Positions 10,182 to 26,000 of a DNA stretch of 64,000 nt are shown here, piece after piece. The position numbers and the translations under genes are program-made. Location of the stretch: the NCBI GenBank assembly GCA_053919585.1, contig CM132794.1, one strand, 5' to 3'. Positions within the stretch are counted from its first letter, which is position 1; every line of letters begins with the position of its first letter. Under the pieces are notes generated by a model that saw only the letters and a program-made list of their open reading frames with translations, was not told where the DNA came from and made no database searches. This DNA comes from Euprymna scolopes (lineage: Eukaryota).

Positions 10182-11509
10182 CCTTTACCATCACTCGTGG
10201 GAGAGGTTTCCCAAAGACCATATGTATAAGGTAGGATAAGTGAATCGGTCATCATAGTTAACCCTCTTTCCAAAGTGATTTTATGGTCAATCCAATAATT
10301 AAACGCACTCAGCAGTTTACCTACTTGACTTGATTTTCTGGTGGTCCCTCAAATAAACCCCAATTGCCAAATTTTCCTTGCCTGGAAAATATGTTTTATG
10401 ATTTCCACTTAAGTCCTTCAACTATCCAGCTTGTGTAGGGGGTGGGTTCATTTTGATTATCTGTTAAGAAAACAGATTTATTCTTTTTATCATCATCATG
10501 CAACAAACAAGACAACCCAACATTGTCCAGTCCACAATCCTTGTCACAGTGTACATCCAGGAGTATGACACACCGCTTCTTTCGCCCAAAGAGTTTGTCC
10601 TGTGAAAACAAAAGCAGCAGTCAGATGAGCAATACAAACATGCGTGGAATTCCAATCAATAGATTCAGTGCCAGTTCACTGGGAGAAAGGAAAGCTGGAG
10701 GTGAACAGTGATTGACAATGGTTGGGAATGGACATTACCCACTATGGTGCTTACTATTTCCTTACTATCACGGATTGTGAGCTGTCACAGTTTCAATGTG
10801 GAGGCAATTAGCACGGCAGTACTCGGCAACTAAAATTCGCCAACTAGAAGTGTTTTTTTTAAACATGGCCTGCCTCGCAAACTACTGACAGATAACAACA
10901 CAGCTTTCCACAGCAAAAAATTCAGAACGTTTGCAGATGAATGGGTATGAACTTGAGATTTCGCTGTGCATATGCCCTGGCCAGGAATGGCATAGCAGAG
11001 CGATGCTATCACACTATGAAATGGATCGTGACTAGAATGCATTGCTCTGTATCAGAGGCAGTCTACTGGTACAATGTGATTCCAAAAGACGAGGAGTCAT
11101 CTTTGACCTTACCAGCCAATGCTATATACCGGTACGAGATCCAGGTGAAAGGAATCAATGTCATGCCATCAGTAGCAGGCCCCGAGTATAGCCCATACTA
11201 AATTGGAGATTATGTGTGGGTGAAGGCACCAGAGAATCATACCATGAGATTTGGCCAGGGTCGAGTAACTGAGATAATTAGTCCACAGTCTATCTTGGTG
11301 CATGGGATGCCCCGACATGTGAAGGACCTACATCCCTGATACAGTGTACTCTTGTCAGAAAAAGATTCCGACAGCACAACATCTTCGGGGAGCAAGTCAG
11401 AAAGTCTGATACCTGATGACGAAACAGACTCAGAAGATGGTCATGAGGCAGGAGTAGAAGACGCACACACTCCTGATGAAGCTCACGGTTCTGAAGAGAC
11501 CCCACAATT

Positions 11510-11834
11510 GCAACTGATAGGAAATGAGAAAGGTGACATATGCAAATTAAGATGCAGTCGAATTTGAGCCGAATATAAAAAAGGCGGTATTTCTTTCATT
11601 CGGGAGAAGATTGTTTGTTGACTCAGAGTCAGCTTAATATATGGTTAATCCGTGTGTCAGTGGGAAGAAAGAAAGACGAATTTTCTATGAACGGTGAAAT
11701 GGAAAAAGAAAAAGGATTATCATTTTTTTGTGTGTGCTGAGAACGTTGACACTAAAAACGAAAAACTGTTTTGTTTTTTGTTTTTTTGCATGAACATTTA
11801 ATTCGCAGTTTAAAGGAAAACTTTCATTTCAACA
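11510..11834 (+). repeat. 3' LTR, 5' part and polypurine tract deleted
   Basis: Homologous to 4702..4999, ends TTTCAACA; keeps ATGCAAAT (11540..11547) and TATAAAA (11574..11580). Confidence 0.82.
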
Positions 11835-14060
11835 CTTCATAATGTTCTTCAATATTTCTATTGTGAAGCGATACATTGAAATAAAATATAAGAAAAGGAG
11901 ATTATTGAAAAGTATATAATATAAATTAATAAAATTATAAAAAGATAAAAATAACAATCTTTATTTGCACTTTTAATAAAAAAATCTAAAAAATAAATAT
12001 TTTTATTTTATTTAAAATTTTATAAGAAATATATGTTTAGGAAATTATAAAAACAAATATTTCTTTAAATTTTAAAAATAAATTTTTATTTGAATTTATA
12101 AAATAAATATTTGTTTATGAAAGCATAAAAATAAAATCATTGAAATCAAAATAACAAATAATTTATAGGCGTGAGAGAAAAAAAAAGCGAAGGAATTGAT
12201 TTGCCTTGTCACTGCTTCCAGTAGCGTTACACCTGAAATTAGGAAGTATGTTAGCTGACTAAATTTTCATAGAAAGTCAAAATTCTACAAGTAAAAAAAA
12301 ATATATTATTATTTAAATTCAGAAATACATATACATACAATGCCGGCAAAAAGAAAGTCCGCATTTATAATTAAAAAAAAAAACAAAAAAACTTAAACTA
12401 GTATTAATCAGAGGATGAATATATTTAAAAAACACTAGTTTATAGATAAAAGCATCAGGTTACTAAAATGAAGTGGGAATCTATTAACAAAATGTATTTT
12501 ACATTACAAATGCGGTGAGGCTGATAGCTTTTTAATTTAGTGAGTCCTGGAACCAACAAATTTCATTTTAATGAAAGTTCCTGAAAGTTTTATGAGCCTC
12601 TCCCATTTAGCCCTAATGATCACCCTAGAAAAAGACAAGAAGAAACCAAAATTTAAAAATGTAATGAATAAGAAAATAGTTCTTATAGATGAATGACCTG
12701 TGTTTGAGGGCTATGACAATGCAGTTTGTGGGTTAACAGTCTATGTAGTAAAAAATAATGACAATATTGAAATAATTTCAATAATTTTCAATTATACATA
12801 TTTATTTATCAACATAGTGTGAGTTCAAGATGGTAGATGTGTGAATTTCCCAGAATGTTCGAGACTATAGCTCTTTGTCAGGGGATAAACTCCTCCTCAG
12901 TCCTTGGATATATTTTTTCTTCTACTTGAATCAAATAATAGTATGAATGTGAACCATCCTTTACACCCACGCAGAACAGCTTATGTGACCAGGATTCAAG
13001 AATATACATTTCAAAAGTATGATTTTGTTTTGGTGACAGCCTGTTCAGATGATGGATAAAAATGACTTTCTGAGCTAAGACTCCTTTTCGAGTCAAAAGA
13101 TGCATTTTCATTATCCTTGTCACAAAATTAAATGTTCAGTAGGTTATGTCGATTGTCCTTATTAAAATGATGAGCGAATAAATAAAAGAAAGACAGCAAA
13201 AAGAAAACAAGAGGTAAAAAAGAACCCACACTCCTAATGGATTGTCTGTGTGCATTGCAATGTATTGTTTGTTTGTTTTTAGGAAAATATTGATTTGCAT
13301 CTTGCGTTTGCATGAATTAGATTTTACAGAGTCCTTTTAGATTTTTATACATCTCTGATGGAGGACATAGCTATCAGCATTTCTGCAAATGAATATGTAG
13401 ATTTAAATTTTACAAGAAAAAAATAAAGTTAATTAATGGAGCATTAATATTTAAAAAATTCATAATTTTCATTTGATAACACATATCACTTTTCAAGCAG
13501 AGAATTCACTATTGAATTTCTGAACATGTTAAATATTTTAAAACTTAAAATATGTAAGAAATGTCCACTTGAAGCATTGTGTGTAGCAGAGAAATTATTA
13601 TATATTATTGAAAGTCTTCATAATGCAAATTTTAAATGTACTAATTGGAAATGTTAATGGTTTCTAACATTTTGAAAAAAATCTCCATCAAAAGAAAGTT
13701 AAGAATTGATATCGGAGACTCTTTATTCTTTTTTAATTTTGTTCCCATCTTTGAAGTTTAAATAATTGTGCCAATGACCAGAGAAATGGATAAAAATATC
13801 AACTTTCTGTCAGACCAAAACTATCCAATAACAGATTCATGGAATCCCCGCAAAATGATCTCTGATTATAATTTTTAATTCGCTTTTGATGAAGAGATTT
13901 TTTTTTTCTCCAAATATTGGAAATAAGATATATAAATAACCATTAACATCTAGATTATTTTTTTTACATTTGCATTGCCATATTTTTCAATAATATATAA
14001 TTTTTTATTGGTATTTGCTTTCAATTGTTTAATCAAATTCTTCTATATTCAATATTACAG

Positions 14061-17000
14061 CCACATCTGGAATAACTACAGCAACCTCTGCAAAACCTAC
14101 ATCTCTTTTTTCTACTTCTCAAGTTACAACTCCTATGATAACTTCTGTAATTTCTACTAGTACACATGCTTCTACTACTAGAAGGACACCTACTAGATTG
14201 GCAACGACATGGTCAGTTTCTACTCCTAGTCTAACCACATCAATAAAATCTTCTGAAGCAAGTTTAAGTTCATCTGTTTCAAAGAAAATAGAAAAAACGT
14301 CCAAAATATTCTCAACAAAATCAGTTTCAAGTGTTACGAAAACCTTTCTTCATAAAACATCTTCAGCAATGAAAAGTAGTACAATTCCGTCAGCTTCAAG
14401 AAAGACTTCCATTCATCCATCCACAACTATTCGAAGATATACAAACAAATCTACTATACCCCCCACGAAAACCATATCAATTTCAACAACATTAATCCCT
14501 ACTACCACAACACAATCAGTTCCAACAACAACACAAATCTCCACTCCAGAAACCACATATATTCCAACAATAACGCCAATGCTCACTACAACCACAGCAA
14601 AAACACAAACAGCACGATGCATCACTACAAAAATATTAATCCCTACAACCACAATAACCCCCAATTCAAGATCAATCTACACACCAACGACATCAATCCC
14701 TGCTAGATTGACATCAATCCTAACAAAAACAATACCCACAAAAGAAACTACATCAATTCCAACATCTGCAACCACTACACCAAAATCAATACCACCCACA
14801 ACAATTTCCAATATAAAAACGACATCAATTCCAACCACTTCAATAATTACTACAAAAGCCTCATCAATTCCAATCAGTACATCAATACATACTATCACAA
14901 CATCAATGACATCAATTCCAACAAAATCACTATTAAGTACAACATCAAAAGCCACTACAGCAATCATATCAAATCCTACCACAACATCAATTCCAACAGT
15001 CACATCAATAACATCACTCCCCACACCAAAAATATCATATCACACAATATCTATAACCACCTCACCAAAATCCATACTGAGAACCTCACTACAAACTACA
15101 ACATCAATACCTATTTCAGAAACGACATCAATTAAAACAACAAGAACATCAATACCTATTTCAAAACATAAAACAACTACCACACCAATACCTATTACTA
15201 AAACAGCAATTCTAACAACAACACTCCTTATGTCAACATTATCAACAACATGCATTCACCCAAGGTCAATTCTAAATACTACATCGACACTGGCAACAGA
15301 AACCACATCAATTCAAACATCAATCAATACCACTATGGCAAAAAGAATTCAAACAACATTTACTTCAATACCTACATCAATTCTTACTACTAAAACAACA
15401 TCATTGCCAACAACAACAACATCTACTACAACTATATCAATACCAATTAAAAAAACATCAATTCCAACAATAATTACATCAATACCAACAACTTCTATTC
15501 CAACAGCATCTACTATGACTACGTTGATACCAACATCAATAATAACAACAAAAGCATTAATCCCAACTACTACAACAATCTCTACTATAAAAACAACATC
15601 AATTCCAAGTACAACGATATCTACTACAACTACATCAATACCAACTACGATGATATCAATTACAAGAACAGCTACAGCAATAACGACAACTTATATTCCA
15701 ACAGTATCTACTATGACTACAGCGATACCAACATCAATAATAACGACAACATCCATTCCAACAACTACATCAATCCCTACCACAAAAACAACATCAATTA
15801 CAACAACACCTACAACAACTACATCAATACCTACTACACACACTACATCACATCCAACAACAACATCTACTAAAACTATATCAGTACAACCAACAGCGGC
15901 ATCAATTCAGACAACTACATTAATTCCTACTACTAAAACAACATCATTGCCAACAACAAGAACACCTACTACAACTATATCAATACCAACTACTACAACA
16001 TCAATTCCAACAACTATATCAATACCAACGACAACTTCTATTCCAACAACACCTACTATGACTACGTCGATACCAACATCAACACTACACACCTCAACAT
16101 CAATCCCAACAACTACATCAATCCCTTCTACAAAAACAACATCAATGCCAACAACAAAAACAACTTCTACTGCAACTACGTCAATACCAACTACTACAAC
16201 ATCAATTCCAACAACAACTACATCAACACCTACTATGACTACCTCGATTCCAACATCAACACTACACACTTCAACATCAATACCTACTACAAAAACAACA
16301 TCAATGCCAACAACAAAAACAACGTCTACTGCAGCTACCTCAATACCTACTACACACACCAGATCCATTCCAATGAAGACATCTGCTACAACTACATCGA
16401 TACCAGTAACAACTACATCAATCCTTACTACTAAAACAACATCATTTCCAACAACAACGACATCTACTACAACTATATCAATACCAACTACTACAACTTC
16501 AATTCCAACAACAACTATATCAATACCAACGACCACTTCTATTCCAACACCATCTACTATGACTACATCGATACCAACATCAATACTAACAACGACAACA
16601 TCCATTCCAACTACTACATCCCTCCCTACTACAAAAACATCAATTCCAGCAACTACATCTACTACAACATCAATACCTACTACACACACCACACCAATTC
16701 CAACAACATTTACTACAACTATATCAATACCAACTACAGCAGCATCAATTCTGACAAGTACATCAATTCCTACTACTAAAACAACATCATTGCCAACAAC
16801 TACGACATCTACTACCACTATATCAACACCAACTACTACAACATCAATTCCAACAACAACCATATCAATACCAACGACAACTTCTATTCCGACAACTACT
16901 ATGACTACCTCGATACCAACATCAACACTACACACCTCAACATCAATCCCAACAACTACATCAATCCCTACCACAAAAACAACATCAATGCAAACAACAA

Positions 17001-20000
17001 CTACTGCAACTACGTCAATATTTACTACACACACCACATCCATTCCAATGAAGACATCTGCTACAACTACAACTATATCAATACCAACTACTACAACATT
17101 AATTCCAACAACAACTATATCAATACCAACGACAACTTCTATTCCAACACCATCTACTATGACTACATCGATACCAACATCAATACTAACAACGACAACA
17201 TCCATTCCAACTACCACATCCCTCCCTACTACAAAAACATCAATTCCAGCAACTACATCTACTACAACATCAATACCTACTACACACACCACACCAATTC
17301 CAACAACATTTACTACAACTATATCAATACCAACTACAGCAGCATCAATTCTGACAAGTACATCAATTCCTACTACTAAAACAACATCATTGCCAACAAC
17401 TACGACATCTACTACCACTATATCAACACCAACTACTACAACATCAATTCCAACAACAACTATATCAATACCAACGACAACTTCTATTCCAACAACAACT
17501 ACTATGACTACCTCGATACCAACATCAACACTACACACCTCAACATCAATCACAACAACTACATCAATCCCTACCACAAAAACAACATCAATGCCAACAA
17601 CAACAACTACTGCAACTACGTCAATACCTACTACACACACCTCATCCATTCCAATGAAGACATCTGCTACAACTACAACTATATCAATACCAACTACTAC
17701 AACATCAATTCCAACAACAACTATATCAATACCAACGACAACTTCTATTCCAACAACATCTACTATGACTACCTCAATACCAACATCAATACTAACAACG
17801 ACAACATCCATTCCAACTACTACATCCCTCCCTACTACAAAAACATCAATTCCAGCAACTACATCTACTACAACATCAATACCTACTACACACACCACAT
17901 CAATTCCAACAACATTTACTACAACTATATCAATACCAACTACAGCAGCATCAATTCTGACAAGTACATCAATTCCTACTACTAAAACAACATCATTGCC
18001 AACAACTACGACATCTACTACAACTATATCAACACCAACAACTACAACATCAATTCCAACAGCAACTATATCAATACCAACGACAACTTCTATTCCAACA
18101 ACAACTACTATGACTACCTCGATACCAACATCAACACTACACACCTCAACATCAATCACAACAACTACATCAATCCCTACCACAAAAACAACATCAATGC
18201 CAACAACAACAAAAACAACTACTGCAACTATGTCAATACCTACTACACACACCACATCCATTCAAATGAAGACATCTGCTACAACTGCAACTATATCAAT
18301 ACCAACTACTACAACATCAATCCCAACAACAACTATATCAATACCAACGACAACTTCTATTCCAACAACATCTACTATGACTACATCGATACCAACATCA
18401 ATACTAACAACGACAATATCCATTCCGACTACTACGTCCATCCCTACTACAAAAACATCAATTCCAGCAACTACATCTACTACAAAATCAATACCTACTA
18501 CACACACCACATCAATTCCAACAACATTTACTACAACTATATCAATACCGACTACAGCAGCATCAATTCTGACGAGTACATCAATTCCTACTACTAAAAC
18601 AACATCATTGCCAACAACCACGACATCTACTACAACTATATCAATACCAACTACAACATCAATTCCAACAACAACTATATCAATACAAACGACAACTTCT
18701 ATTCCAACAACAACTACTATGACTACCTCGATACCAACATCAGCACTACACACCTCACCATCAATCCCGACAACTACATCAATCCCTACCACAAAAACAA
18801 CATCAATGCAAACAACAACTACTGCAACTACGTCAATACCTACTACACACACCACATCCATTCCAATGAAGACATCTGCTACAACTACAACTATATCAAT
18901 ACCAACTACTACAACATCAATTCCAACAACAACTATATCAATACCAACGACAACTTCTATTCCAACAACATCTACTATAACTATCTCAATACCAACATCA
19001 ATACTAACAACGACAACATCCATTCCAACTACTACATCCCTCCCTAATACAAAAACATCAATTCCAGCAACTACATCTACTACAACATCAATACCTACTA
19101 CACACACCACACCAATTCCAACAACATTTACTACACTTATATCAATACCAACTACAGCAGCATCAATTCTGACAAGTACATCAATTCCTACTACTAAAAC
19201 AACATCATTGCCAACAACTACGACATCTACTACCACTATATCAACACCAACTACTACAACATCAATTCCAACAACAACTATATCAATACCAACGACAACT
19301 TCTATTCCAACAACAACTACTATGACTACCTCGATACCAACATCAACACTACACACCTCAACATCAATCCCAACAACTACATCAATCCCTACTACAAAAA
19401 CATCAATGCCAACAACAACAAAAACAACTACTGCAACTATGTCAATACCTACTACACACACCACATCCCTTCCAATGAAGACATCTGCAACAACTGCAAC
19501 TATATCACTACCAACTACTACAACTTCAATTCCAACAACAACTATATCAATACCAACGACCACTTCTATTCCAACAACATCTACTATGACTACATCGATA
19601 CCAACATCAATACTAACAACGACAACATCCATTCCAACTACTACATCCATCCCTACTACAAAAACATCAATTCCAGCAACAACATCTACTACAACATCAA
19701 TACCTACTACATACACCACATCAATTCCGACAACATTTACTACAACTATATCAATACCCACTACAGCAGCATCAATTCTGACAAGTACATCAATTCCTAC
19801 TACTAAAACAACATCATTGCCAACAACTACGACATCTACTACAACTATATCAATACCAACTACTACAACATCAATTCCAACAACAACCATATCAATACCA
19901 ACGACAACTTCTATTCCGACAACTACTATGACTACCTCGATACCAACATCAACACTACACACCTCAACATCAATCCCAACAACTACATCAATGCAAACAA

Positions 20001-23000
20001 CAACAACAACTACTGCAACTACGTCAATACCTACTACAAAAACAACATCTATTCCAATGAAGACATCTGCTACAACTACAACTATATCAATACAAACTAC
20101 TACATCATCAATTACAACAACAACTATATCAATACCAACGACAACTTCTATTCCAACACCATCTACTATGACTACATCGATACCAACATCAATACTAACA
20201 ACGACAACATCCATTCCAACTACTACATCCCTCCCTACTACAAAAACATCAATTCCAGCAACTACATCTACTACAACATCAATACCTACTACACACACCA
20301 CACCAATTCCAACAACATTTACTACAACTATATCAATACCAACTACAGCAGCATCAATTCTGACAAGTACATCAATTCCTACTACTAAAACAACATCATT
20401 GCCAACAACTACGACATCTACTACCACTATATCAACACCAACTACTACAACATCAATTCCAACAACAACCATATCAATACCAACGACAACTTCTATTCCG
20501 ACAACTACTATGACTACCTCGATACCAACATCAACACTACACACCTCAACATCAATCCCAACAACTACATCAATCCCTACCACAAAAACAACATCAATGC
20601 AAACAACAACTACTGCAACTACGTCAATATTTACTACACACACCACATCCATTCCAATGAAGACATCTGCTACAACTACAACTATATCAATACCAACTAC
20701 TACAACATTAATTCCAACAACAACTATATCAATACCAACGACAACTTCTATTCCAACACCATCTACTATGACTACATCGATACCAACATCAATACTAACA
20801 ACGACAACATCCATTCCAACTACCACATCCCTCCCTACTACAAAAACATCAATTCCAGCAACTACATCTACTACAACATCAATACCTACTACACACACCA
20901 CACCAATTCCAACAACATTTACTACAACTATATCAATACCAACTACAGCAGCATCAATTCTGACAAGTACATCAATTCCTACTACTAAAACAACATCATT
21001 GCCAACAACTACGACATCTACTACCACTATATCAACACCAACTACTACAACATCAATTCCAACAACAACTATATCAATACCAACGACAACTTCTATTCCA
21101 ACAACAACTACTATGACTACCTCGATACCAACATCAACACTACACACCTCAACATCAATCACAACAACTACATCAATCCCTACCACAAAAACAACATCAA
21201 TGCCAACAACAACAACTACTGCAACTACGTCAATACCTACTACACACACCTCATCCATTCCAATGAAGACATCTGCTACAACTACAACTATATCAATACC
21301 AACTACTACAACATCAATTCCAACAACAACTATATCAATACCAACGACAACTTCTATTCCAACAACATCTACTATGACTACCTCAATACCAACATCAATA
21401 CTAACAACGACAACATCCATTCCAACTACTACATCCATCCCTACCACGCACACCACATCCATTACTACTAAACGAACATCATTGCGAACAACGACATATA
21501 CTACAACTATATCAATACCAACTACAACAACATCAATTCCAACAACAACTATATCAATACCAACGACAACTTCTATTCCAACAACATCTACTATTACTAC
21601 ATCGATACCAACATCAACACTACACACCTCAACATCAATCCCAACAACTACATCAATCCCTACTACAAAAACATCAATGCCAACAACAACAAAAACAACT
21701 ACTGCAACTATGTCAATACCTACTACACACACCACATCCCTTCCAATGAAGACATCTGCAACAACTGCAACTATATCAATACCAACTGCTACAACATCAA
21801 TCCCAACAACAACTATATCAATACCAACGACAACTTCTATTCCAACAACATCTACTATGACTACATCGATACCAACATCAATACTAACAACGACAATATC
21901 CATTCCGACTACTACGTCCATCCCTACTACAAAAACATCAATTCCAGCAACTACATCTACTACAACATCAATACCTACTACACACACCACATCAATTCCA
22001 ACAACATTTACTACAACTATATCAATACCCACTACAGCAGCATCAATTCTGACAAGTACATCAATTCCTACTACTAAAACAACATCATTGCCAACAACTA
22101 CGACATCTATTACAACTATATCAATACCAACTACTACAACATCAATTCCAACAACAACTATATCGATACCAACGACAACCTCTATTCCAACGACACCTAC
22201 TATTAGTACATCGATACCAACATCAACACTACACACCTCAACATCAATCCCAACAACTACATCAATGCCAACAACAACAACAACAACAACAACTACTGCA
22301 ACTACGTCAATACCTACTACAAAAACAACATCTATTCCAATGAAGACATCTGCTACAACAACAACTATATCAATACCAACGACAACTTCTATTCCAACAC
22401 CATCTACTATGACTACATCGATACCAACATCAATACTAACAACGACAACATCCATTCCAACTACTACATCCCTCCCTACTACAAAAACATCAATTCCAGC
22501 AACTACATCTACTACAACATCAATACCTACTACACACACCACACCAATTCCAACAACATTTACTACAACTATATCAATACCAACTACAGCAGCATCAATT
22601 CTGACAAGTACATCAATTCCTACTACTAAAACAACATCATTGCCAACAACTACGACATCTACTACCACTATATCAACACCAACTACTACAACATCAATTC
22701 CAACAACAACCATATCAATACCAACGACAACTTCTATTCCGACAACTACTATGACTACCTCGATACCAACATCAACACTACACACCTCAACATCAATCCC
22801 AACAACTACATCAATCCCTACCACAAAAACAACATCAATGCAAACAACAACTACTGCAACTACGTCAATATTTACTACACACACCACATCCATTCCAATG
22901 AAGACATCTGCTACAACTACAACTATATCAATACCAACTACTACAACATTAATTCCAACAACAACTATATCAATACCAACGACAACTTCTATTCCAACAC

Positions 23001-26000
23001 CATCTACTATGACTACATCGATACCAACATCAATACTAACAACGACAACATCCATTCCAACTACTACATCCATCCCTACCACGCACACCACATCCATTAC
23101 TACTAAACGAACATCATTGCGAACAACGACATATACTACAACTATATCAATACCAACTACAACAACATCAATTCCAACAACAACTATATCAATACCAACG
23201 ACAACTTCTATTCCAACAACATCTACTATTACTACATCGATACCAACATCAACACTACACACCTCAACATCAATCCCAACAACTACATCAATCCCTACTA
23301 CAAAAACATCAATGCCAACAACAACAAAAACAACTACTGCAACTATGTCAATACCTACTACACACACCACATCCCTTCCAATGAAGACATCTGCAACAAC
23401 TGCAACTATATCAATACCAACTGCTACAACATCAATCCCAACAACAACTATATCAATACCAACGACAACTTCTATTCCAACAACATCTACTATGACTACA
23501 TCGATACCAACATCAATACTAACAACGACAATATCCATTCCGACTACTACGTCCATCCCTACTACAAAAACATCAATTCCAGCAACTACATCTACTACAA
23601 CATCAATACCTACTACACACACCACATCAATTCCAACAACATTTACTACAACTATATCAATACCCACTACAGCAACATCAATTCTGACAAGTACATCAAT
23701 TCCTACTACTAAAACAACATCATTGCCAACAACTACGACATCTACTACAACTATATCAATACCAACTACTACAACATCAATTCCAACAACAACTATATCA
23801 ATACCAACGACAACCTCTATTCCAACGACACCTACTATTAGTACATCGATACCAACATCAACACTACACACCTCAACATCAATCCCAACAACTACATCAA
23901 TGCCAACAACAACAACAACAACAACAACTACTGCAACTACGTCAATACCTACTACAAAAACAACATCTATTCCAATGAAGACATCTGCTACAACAAGGAC
24001 TATATCAATACCAACGACAACTTCTATTCCAACACCATCTACTATGACTACATCGATACCAACATCAATACTAACAACGACAACATCCATTCCAACTACT
24101 ACATCCCTCCCTACTACAAAAACATCAATTCCAGCAACTACATCTACTACAACATCAATACCTACTACACACACCACACCAATTCCAACAACATTTACTA
24201 CAACTATATCAATACCAACTACAGCAGCATCAATTCTGACAAGTACATCAATTCCTACTACTAAAACAACATCATTGCCAACAACTACGACATCTACTAC
24301 CACTATATCAACACCAACTACTACAACATCAATTCCAACAACAACCATATCAATACCAACGACAACTTCTATTCCGACAACTACTATGACTACCTCGATA
24401 CCAACATCAACACTACACACCTCAACATCAATCCCAACAACTACATCAATCCCTACCACAAAAACAACATCAATGCAAACAACAACTACTGCAACTACGT
24501 CAATATTTACTACACACACCACATCCATTCCAATGAAGACATCTGCTACAACTACAACTATATCAATACCAACTACTACAACATTAATTCCAACAACAAC
24601 TATATCAATACCAACGACAACTTCTATTCCAACACCATCTACTATGACTACATCGATACCAACATCAATACTAACAACGACAACATCCATTCCAACTACC
24701 ACATCCCTCCCTACTACAAAAACATCAATTCCAGCAACTACATCTACTACAACATCAATACCTACTACACACACTACACCAATTCCAACAACATTTACTA
24801 CAACTATATCAATACCAACTACAGCAGCATCAATTCTGACAAGTACATCAATTCCTACTACTAAAACAACATCATTGCCAACAACTACGACATCTACTAC
24901 CACTATATCAACACCAACTACTACAACATCAATTCCAACAACAACTATATCAATACCAACGACAACTTCTATTCCAACAACAACTACTATGACTACCTCG
25001 ATACCAACATCAACACTACACACCTCAACATCAATCACAACAACTACATCAATCCCTACCACAAAAACAACATCAATGCCAACAACAACAACTACTGCAA
25101 CTACGTCAATACCTACTACACACACCTCATCCATTCCAATGAAGACATCTGCTACAACTACAACTATATCAATACCAACTACTACAACATCAATTCCAAC
25201 AACAACTATATCAATACCAACGACAACTTCTATTCCAACAACATCTACTATGACTACCTCAATACCAACATCAATACTAACAACGACAACATCCATTCCA
25301 ACTACTACATCCATCCCTACCACGCACACCACATCCATTACTACTAAACGAACATCATTGCGAACAACGACATATACTACAACTATATCAATACCAACTA
25401 CAACAACATCAATTCCAACAACAACTATATCAATACCAACGACAACTTCTATTCCAACAACATCTACTATTACTACATCGATACCAACATCAACACTACA
25501 CACCTCAACATCAATCCCAACAACTACATCAATCCCTACTACAAAAACATCAATGCCAACAACAACAAAAACAACTACTGCAACTATGTCAATACCTACT
25601 ACACACACCACATCCCTTCCAATGAAGACATCTGCAACAACTGCAACTATATCAATACCAACTGCTACAACATCAATCCCAACAACAACTATATCAATAC
25701 CAACGACAACTTCTATTCCAACAACATCTACTATGACTACATCGATACCAACATCAATACTAACAACGACAATATCCATTCCGACTACTACGTCCATCCC
25801 TACTACAAAAACATCAATTCCAGCAACTACATCTACTACAACATCAATACCTACTACACACACCACATCAATTCCAACAACATTTACTACAACTATATCA
25901 ATACCCACTACAGCAACATCAATTCTGACAAGTACATCAATTCCTACTACTAAAACAACATCATTGCCAACAACTACGACATCTACTACAACTATATCAA

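Larger units (their letters stand above)
4521..11834 (+). mobile_element. Old, degenerate Ty3/Gypsy element with both LTRs, interrupted by nested insertions
   Basis: gag start MVKPFTGEVDVVAWLKK at 5038; knuckle remnants CHRWGRKGHIARD/CYQC; protease halves at ~5690..5723 and ~9091..9330; RT remnant KVQPVMDYCKLNNHVD..LLDLQRVYLQV; integrase HPGV, LLTDNNTAF, NGIAERCYHT; related LTR sequence at both ends. Confidence 0.88.
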
